Shown here: positions 57,554 through 64,000 of the stretch, in pieces | How the letters are laid out: each line of letters begins with the position of its first letter | How positions within the stretch are numbered: the stretch's first letter is position 1 | Virus record (IMG/VR): IMGVR_UViG_3300049489_000477 | Location: 32,001 to 96,000 of that record | Length of the DNA: 64,000 bases | Reading direction: 5' to 3' (one strand) | DNA from: a virus | The notes under the pieces: generated by a model | Database searches by the model: none | What the model was told of the DNA's origin: nothing | What the model saw: the letters and a program-made list of their open reading frames with translations, nothing else | Program-made: the position numbers and the translations under genes

Positions 57554-60367
57554 ATGTTGTCATATGTTTATCCAGATTATTACAAAAGCCAAATTGTATT
57601 TTGGGAATATGAAAACGGTATTAAGCGTAAGTATGAAGAAGACATGCCGTTATATTTTTTTACCGAAGATGAAAAGGGTGATTATAAAACTATTCAAGGA
57701 AAAGCAGCTAAAAAACATGAGTTCACTTCATGGAACTCCTTTAAAGATAAACGCGAGAAATACAGAGAATATGGCATAAAACTCTACGAATCTGACATAA
57801 GTTTACAGACGAAGTTTATTTGTAATCAATACCTTGGGGTGGATTTAAAGAAGCCTAAAGAATTCAATATATTTTTCATCGACATTGAAGTGCATCTTGA
57901 GCATGGATTTCCTCGACCAGAGGATGCCGAAGGAAAGATAACACTCATAACCATTTTCTCAACAAGAGATAAAAAATTCTATGTCTTTTGTGAAAAGGAC
58001 TTCGACGCCACATTCATAAAAACAGAGCTTGGTTTCGATTACCAAAAGCGCGTTCATTCGACAGAAGAAGAATTATTACGCGACTTTATTCGATTCGTTC
58101 GTCATGAGCATCCCGATGTCATGAGTGGTTGGAATAGCCAATATTATGATCTTCCATACATCGTCAATCGCGGCAGAAAGATTTTAAATCAAGACGAAAT
58201 AAATGAAATATCACCCGTTAACCACATACGAGAAGAGGAAATACGCGACAAAAAGACGGGTTTGATGTATAAGCAGTATTTCATATCAGGCATAAACTGT
58301 TTGGATCTGATGGAAGTTTATAAAAATTACACAGCATCCATAAAGCCATCGTATGCATTAAATGCTATCGCATTAGAAGAAATTGGCGAAGGTAAGATGG
58401 AATATGCTGGATCGCTTGTCGAGTTATACAACAACGATTGGCAAACATATTGTAAGTACAACCTCCAAGACGTAAATCTACTCCGTAAGCTTGACGATAA
58501 ACTCGGCTATATGAATTTGTTAATCACATTCTGCTACGGATGTAAGGTTCCGTTCGAACATTATTCAAAAACAACGAGAGTTCTTGACGGCGCGTTCATA
58601 TCAAAGCTTGTTGAAGAAAAGATCGTGCTGCCCGATGTGAATCGTGCATTAATTGATGAAATGAAGCGTCTGAAAGATTTAGCCGAGGCTGGTACGATTG
58701 ACGATGATGATTTAAATAAAATAAACAACATAAAATATGTTGGCGGCTATGTTGCAGATCCAGAAAAGGGCGCTCACGAATGGATTTGCTCATTTGATGC
58801 AACTTCACTGTACCCGTCTATCATGATTGGTTTTAATATCAGCCCAGAAACGAAACTCGGGACGATAAACGAATCACATGGTGTTGACATGGTGTATGAG
58901 TATATCCACGGTGATACAAAAAACGCTCAATCTAAGGTGCCGTTTACCATAGCAAATAAGCAAGGAACGACAACCGTACAGAAGCTTTCTGAATTAATTA
59001 AAAAGAACAATTACTGTTTGGCGGCTAACGGAACATTCTATAGGCAAGATTTCGTTGGTGTTATTCCAAAATTCGTTAATGAATGGTTCCAGAAGAGAAA
59101 AGACTTTAAAAAGAAGATGTTGGATTGTAAATCATTAGGTGATAAAGACGGCGAGCAATACTACAATCTTCTTCAATGGAATTTTAAGATTCTGATCAAC
59201 TCCGTTTATGGATATCTCGGAACACGATACTCACGATTCTACGATGTTGATAATGCCCGCGCCGTTACGCTGACAGGTCAATATGGTCTGAAAAGGACCA
59301 TGACAAGACTCAATAACTTCTTTCTTAAAGAATGGGAAACACATCCTCTTGGTGTGAGACTACATGCCAAAAACTTCAAAGATATCGTTGTTTATGGTGA
59401 TACCGATAGTACATATGTCTCGGTAGGTCGTTTATTAAAGAGTATAGCATTCAAACCACAACAAACCGTGTCCGAAGAAAATAAAGAAAAATACAAGAAA
59501 GAATTCCACGCCGATACGATTGAGATAGATGATAAGAACATTACCTACACGGTTAAGGATAAAAAGATAACCCATAGTATTGAAAATGAAAATACTATCG
59601 ATTTCATCACAACAGAGATAGAGCCATTTATACAGAAGCTTATCGAAGATACCATGGTGGAATTCACACAGAAATCTGCCAACTGCTTGACCAACAAAAT
59701 TTCGTTCAAGAGAGAATCTATCTGTCGTTCTGCTATATTCGTAGAAAAGAAGAAATACGCCATATGGCTTCTCAACGATGAAGGAAACGTGGTTGCCGAT
59801 AAACTTAAGGTTACTGGTCTTGATATCGTCAGGTCAAGCACACCAACCGTTGCTAAAAAGTTATTGAAAGAAATCATTTACGATATGCTTCGTAGAATGA
59901 ATCACGACCACACAACAACACAGATACGCGAAGCAAGAAGTAAGTTCTTAACTGCAAAACCAGAAGATATCGCTTTTAACTCACCGGTTAATGGGCTTGA
60001 TAAGTATAAAGAAAAATACACATCAAATAACGATACATTCAAAAGCACACCAATAGCCGTCAGATCGGCTATTATTTACAACACACTTCTCGCCACAAGA
60101 CCAGATTTACAAGATACATATAACTTCATCTATAATGGTGATAAGATAAAGTATCTGTATATGAAAACTGGCGCGGAATGGGAATACGATGTATTCGCCA
60201 TCAAAGGAAGATGGATAACAGAATTGAATAACGAAAAACTGATCGACAGAGAAATGCAATTCCAAGTCGCTGTTTTGAACCTCATGAAAAAGATGTTTGA
60301 TCTTATGGATTGGGAATTACCACGATTCGATCATCACGATTTCAAGTCGATATTCAAGAAAAGTTAA
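57554..60367 (+). CDS. Family B DNA polymerase gp43
   Basis: DIE, GWNSQYYD, YNLQD, FDATSLYPS, KILINSVYG, YGDTDS, KKKY. Confidence 0.97.
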   Translation: MLSYVYPDYYKSQIVFWEYENGIKRKYEEDMPLYFFTEDEKGDYKTIQGKAAKKHEFTSWNSFKDKREKYREYGIKLYESDISLQTKFICNQYLGVDLKKPKEFNIFFIDIEVHLEHGFPRPEDAEGKITLITIFSTRDKKFYVFCEKDFDATFIKTELGFDYQKRVHSTEEELLRDFIRFVRHEHPDVMSGWNSQYYDLPYIVNRGRKILNQDEINEISPVNHIREEEIRDKKTGLMYKQYFISGINCLDLMEVYKNYTASIKPSYALNAIALEEIGEGKMEYAGSLVELYNNDWQTYCKYNLQDVNLLRKLDDKLGYMNLLITFCYGCKVPFEHYSKTTRVLDGAFISKLVEEKIVLPDVNRALIDEMKRLKDLAEAGTIDDDDLNKINNIKYVGGYVADPEKGAHEWICSFDATSLYPSIMIGFNISPETKLGTINESHGVDMVYEYIHGDTKNAQSKVPFTIANKQGTTTVQKLSELIKKNNYCLAANGTFYRQDFVGVIPKFVNEWFQKRKDFKKKMLDCKSLGDKDGEQYYNLLQWNFKILINSVYGYLGTRYSRFYDVDNARAVTLTGQYGLKRTMTRLNNFFLKEWETHPLGVRLHAKNFKDIVVYGDTDSTYVSVGRLLKSIAFKPQQTVSEENKEKYKKEFHADTIEIDDKNITYTVKDKKITHSIENENTIDFITTEIEPFIQKLIEDTMVEFTQKSANCLTNKISFKRESICRSAIFVEKKKYAIWLLNDEGNVVADKLKVTGLDIVRSSTPTVAKKLLKEIIYDMLRRMNHDHTTTQIREARSKFLTAKPEDIAFNSPVNGLDKYKEKYTSNNDTFKSTPIAVRSAIIYNTLLATRPDLQDTYNFIYNGDKIKYLYMKTGAEWEYDVFAIKGRWITELNNEKLIDREMQFQVAVLNLMKKMFDLMDWELPRFDHHDFKSIFKKS

Positions 60368-61638
60368 CGGGTAAGCCAATCCCCGACTTTTCCGAGCATT
60401 CCCTTTTTCTTTGCAGCACCCTCGATCTTAGACTTCACAGACTTCAATGGAATATCATATTCTTGACCAGTTTCCTTGAAATCTGATTTTCCATTTTTTC
60501 CGTTCGATGTTTTCTGCATAAGCTCGACTTTGACCATACCCTTTGAAGTATCGACATTTTTTACTAATCCAATAAGCTCCATTTCGGTAGCGCCTGGTAT
60601 CTTCTTCAATGTGGTGTAGCTGTTTATCTTACTATCAACGAATTCCTTTTTGGCTTTGAATGCTTCGTCGTTAGGATCTATACCATATTGCTTAGGTGAT
60701 TTTTGTACTGCCAAAAACTTGGCTTTTGCTGCGTCAGCCGACTTCTTTGGTAATGCTGGTGGCGCTGCGGGTGTTGTAGCCGCTGGTGTAGCTGGTGTCG
60801 CCGCAGGCGCTGGTGGTGTAGCTGCTGGTGTTGGTGTGGCTGGCGCTGCTGATGCGGGCGGCGTGGTAGCTTCTTCAAATAAGTAAATAATGGCTTCTTT
60901 CATAAGCCAAATCATTTCTTCATTGATAGTTATGTAATTTTTATCATTCAACGCATGCCATGCGTTTTTAACAGCATTCTTTTGCTTTTCATTGGCTGGA
61001 TCGATCTTTGTAGGATCTGCTTTGATATACGCATCGAAAAATTCTTGGTCAGTCTTAAATGTTTTCGCACTCTTCTTTGCGAAATCAGTCAATGAAGTAA
61101 CTGCTTCTTGGCTCAATCCAGATACATTTTTTGAGGCTTCAACATTGTTTTGTAATTCCTTCTCTTCTTCTGGCGAAAGAGTAGGACTTGGTGTTGTTGG
61201 TGATGTAGGTGCTTGTGGGTTTGGGCTGTTTACCATCTTTAAAATTTCAGCAGCTATTTTACTCTTGGTGTCAACATCGAGATTCTTCAATTGTTCCATT
61301 GCTCCATTTTGCTTCAACATCTTAAGAAAATCGCCTATTTCCTTTTCACCAGGCTTTCCGCTTCCTTTTTGCTGGGCTTGTTGCGACTGTGGCGATTGTT
61401 GTGACTGATTATTATCACCAAAAGAAACCTTTTTAGTCATGTCATCGTAATCCAGTTGTCCGTATGTGGCGGTACGAATCTGACGCAAGGTTTGTTCAAG
61501 TCTTGAAAGCTCTGGTCGCAAATCAATTTTTACCACATCATTTGGAATTATCGATGTGTCTGCCGACGAATCAATTTCAAAGGCTTCAAAAAAAGTTTGA
61601 ATTATTAGCTTTTGGATGTCATCATGTGCGTCTGTCAT
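60364..61638 (-). CDS. Hypothetical late protein with Q- and P/A/T-rich linkers
   Basis: GGAG SD; TATAAATA at 61657-61664; opposite strand to its neighbours. Confidence 0.7.
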   Translation of the reverse strand: MTDAHDDIQKLIIQTFFEAFEIDSSADTSIIPNDVVKIDLRPELSRLEQTLRQIRTATYGQLDYDDMTKKVSFGDNNQSQQSPQSQQAQQKGSGKPGEKEIGDFLKMLKQNGAMEQLKNLDVDTKSKIAAEILKMVNSPNPQAPTSPTTPSPTLSPEEEKELQNNVEASKNVSGLSQEAVTSLTDFAKKSAKTFKTDQEFFDAYIKADPTKIDPANEKQKNAVKNAWHALNDKNYITINEEMIWLMKEAIIYLFEEATTPPASAAPATPTPAATPPAPAATPATPAATTPAAPPALPKKSADAAKAKFLAVQKSPKQYGIDPNDEAFKAKKEFVDSKINSYTTLKKIPGATEMELIGLVKNVDTSKGMVKVELMQKTSNGKNGKSDFKETGQEYDIPLKSVKSKIEGAAKKKGMLGKVGDWLTR

Positions 61639-61717
61639 AGCTCACTCCATAATTCTTATTTATAATTAAATTAAAAAATATTTATCCATATTGTATAATA
61701 CGGAAGGAGAAAACAAA

Positions 61718-62932
61718 ATGCCTAAAAGCAATGTAGCCGATATTATTAAAGCACTAAAAAACGCAAATAAGAAAGAATTCGCTGATATTATCCAGCTTTC
61801 CGAATCAAAAACCGCAAAAGTTACCGATTGGATTAGCACAGGAAGTCACGCATTAAACAAGATTATTTCTGGTGATCCCCGTAAAGGAATACCAGTTGGC
61901 TTAATCACAGCTTTTGCTGGTGAAGAAAGCACGGGTAAGTCGTACTTGGGTGCGAATATAGCCAGAGAGGCACAAAAGAAGGAATTTTTAGTTATCTATG
62001 TTGAGACTGAAAATTCACCTATCGGAGAAATGTTAGTCAAAGTAGGGGCAAACCCAGATGAGATTATAAAACTTGAAAATTGCTTTACAATCGCTGAAGT
62101 CAAGAATAAGCTCGTTAAGGTCATGCGTGAGATTCATGCTCAGTATCCAGATTCGCGTTTGTTGATTATTCTTGACTCCCTTGGAAACCTTGTTTCAGAT
62201 AAGCAACTTTACGGCGATGTTGAAGATAATAAGATCGGTCACGATCAAGGTATGAAAGCCAAGGAGCTTAAAGCCCTTGCCGCTATTTTGACCACCGAAT
62301 TAGGTCGTTGCAACGGAACCATGGTTGTCATAAATCACATCTACCTTAAGCCTGGTCAAAATCCAGCCCTTCCACCAGAACAAGTATTCTCTGGCGGATC
62401 TGGTTTCTTATATACCGCATCGGTTATCATGTACATGCACAAGCGGGCTGAGAAGGAAGAAGCTGAAAGCCTCGCTACAGGAAAGACAGTCAAAAACACC
62501 GTTGGTGTTTTCATTCGTGGAATAACTAAAAAGAATAGAATAATTCCAGAAGGTAAAACTGGCGAATTCCATATTTCATTCACTGAAGGTATGAACAAGT
62601 GGTACGGTCTTTTAGAGGATGCACTTCAATACGGATTCTTTGAAGAGGCATCTGCTGGTTGGTATAATATCAAACATTTAAATAAAAAGGTTCGTACTGG
62701 TGAGCTTTATAATGATGAAAATTGGGAACCTATTTATGAACAGCTATGTGAAAAAATAGCTGAATCGAATAGATACATTTCTGCATCTGATGCGATTGTC
62801 GAGGAAATTGAAAAGACAGTTACTCCAGAAGCATCCGTAGAACCCGGCATTTGTGTTAATAAAAATGATGAATGTGGGGACTCGGAAGACGATTCTTCTC
62901 CAAAAAAGCGGGGAAGAAAAAGCAAAAAATAA
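61718..62932 (+). CDS. uvsX: RecA-like recombinase UvsX
   Basis: WISTGS, AGEESTGKS, ILDSLGNL, VINH, SGGSG; GGAG SD before MPKS. Confidence 0.93.
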   Translation: MPKSNVADIIKALKNANKKEFADIIQLSESKTAKVTDWISTGSHALNKIISGDPRKGIPVGLITAFAGEESTGKSYLGANIAREAQKKEFLVIYVETENSPIGEMLVKVGANPDEIIKLENCFTIAEVKNKLVKVMREIHAQYPDSRLLIILDSLGNLVSDKQLYGDVEDNKIGHDQGMKAKELKALAAILTTELGRCNGTMVVINHIYLKPGQNPALPPEQVFSGGSGFLYTASVIMYMHKRAEKEEAESLATGKTVKNTVGVFIRGITKKNRIIPEGKTGEFHISFTEGMNKWYGLLEDALQYGFFEEASAGWYNIKHLNKKVRTGELYNDENWEPIYEQLCEKIAESNRYISASDAIVEEIEKTVTPEASVEPGICVNKNDECGDSEDDSSPKKRGRKSKK

Positions 62933-62986
62933 TAATTCGTATCTTGAATTAAATATCCGTTATATATACTAGCCAAAGGAGTATAT

Positions 62987-64000
62987 ATGGCGGATAAGGA
63001 TAGAAAGCAGCTTTACATTTTAAAAGGATTATTGAAGCATACAGACTATGTTTCAAAGTTTATAGACAAACTTAATCCAGATTGGTTTTCATTTGAAGTT
63101 GCTCCAGTTGTTTTAACAGTTAAAAAGTATTTCTTAAATTATCAGAAGTTACCATCCATTGAGATGGTTTGTGATGTGCATTTAGAGAAAATATGCAACG
63201 GAGATACTGAACGAAAAGATAATGCGGTATTAGCTATTGAAGAAGCTCTATCATTGCCTTTTGAACAAAAAGAATATGAAGAACATTTCGATTGGCTTGT
63301 TTCGATGTCAAAAGAATGGATTATAGACAAATCCGTTGAACATGCGCTCATGCAAGCCGCCAATCTTTATGAGCAAGGCAAGCGACAAGAAGCAGTCCAT
63401 AAGATTCTTGAAGCATCGCACATAAATTTTGATGATGATATAGGTTTGGAATATATTGCCGATATTGATCGCCGCATAGAAAATTTACGAGAAAAGAAAC
63501 TTATCATTCCTACAGGGATAACTTCACTTGATGATCGTATTGGTGGTGGCTGGCGTCCAAAGTCTCTGATCGTTTTTGGTGCTGCTACCAATGTTGGTAA
63601 GACATTGATTTTAGGTGCCATAACCGCTCACTTGATGCAACAAGGCTATGACGGTTTATATATAACCCTTGAAATTAATGATTACATGTTATCCAATAGA
63701 ATTGACGCAAACATTGCTGATATTCCGCTGAATGATTTAGTTAACCAGGCAGATAGATTAAAAGAAATCATATCAAACAAAGTCGAAACAGCTAAAAGAA
63801 ACAATAAGCCAATTGGTCGTTTGATTGTCAAAGAATATCCACCGGCTACTGTTTCAGCACAGACGATTTTAGCAGCTATTCGTGAATTAGAGATTAAGCG
63901 CGGTGGTTTTAAACCAGACTTCATTTGTGTGGACTATCTTGGTTTAATGACGCCGAATGCCAAGGCTTTCTCTGATAATACATATGGAAAATTAAAGACA
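62987..64000 (+). CDS. Replicative helicase gp41 (partial, not in ORF track)
   Basis: Manual translation MADKDRKQ...; IPTG, GAATNVGKT, YITLE, IVKEYP, VDYL. Confidence 0.92.
   Translation, partial: MADKDRKQLYILKGLLKHTDYVSKFIDKLNPDWFSFEVAPVVLTVKKYFLNYQKLPSIEMVCDVHLEKICNGDTERKDNAVLAIEEALSLPFEQKEYEEHFDWLVSMSKEWIIDKSVEHALMQAANLYEQGKRQEAVHKILEASHINFDDDIGLEYIADIDRRIENLREKKLIIPTGITSLDDRIGGGWRPKSLIVFGAATNVGKTLILGAITAHLMQQGYDGLYITLEINDYMLSNRIDANIADIPLNDLVNQADRLKEIISNKVETAKRNNKPIGRLIVKEYPPATVSAQTILAAIRELEIKRGGFKPDFICVDYLGLMTPNAKAFSDNTYGKLKT

Noticed and set aside
57554-60367. Intein or intron in the polymerase (also checked terminase and capsid genes)
   Set aside because: Lengths are normal, ORFs are uninterrupted and no splicing motifs were seen; only short charged insertions
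63142-63924. Short minus-strand ORFs at the right end
   Set aside because: They lie opposite the gp41 helicase, which the ORF track omitted because it runs off the window
1-64000. Stop-codon reassignment
   Set aside because: Core genes are full length in the standard code and coding density is high

Overview
This 64 kb window is part of a large T4-like myophage genome (standard genetic code; no rRNA, tRNA, CRISPR array or mobile element recognised). The minus strand from about 1 to 48.9 kb carries the virion module: tail fibres, two poly-Ser fibre-like proteins, gp3, baseplate genes, tape measure, gp26/gp51, two tail tube paralogs, sheath, terminase, gp15/14/13, major capsid protein, scaffold, prohead protease, portal, gp2 and gp4. 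RNase H, a Holliday junction resolvase, GMP reductase and a methyltransferase are interspersed. The right end, mostly on the plus strand, holds uvsY, uvsW, two glycosyltransferases, late sigma gp55, gp47/46, DNA polymerase gp43, uvsX and the start of helicase gp41. T4-type late promoters (TATAAATA) precede most virion genes. The most notable observations are: (1) a clean -1 frameshift signal joining gp26 to a gp51-like frame just before the tape measure gene; (2) late genes carrying candidate prohead-protease (L/I-X-E) sites, including a GNAT plus HEXXH peptidase polyprotein, a Gp88-like radical-SAM-type enzyme and a 125-aa repeat polyprotein, which suggest an injected cargo system; (3) a non-coding unit of two promoters, a 12-14 bp periodic repeat array and a terminator at 52.7-53.0 kb; (4) a possible virion glycosylation system; (5) promoters with 15-bp spacers and leaderless transcripts. 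All calls come from motif recognition by eye; no database searches were run.
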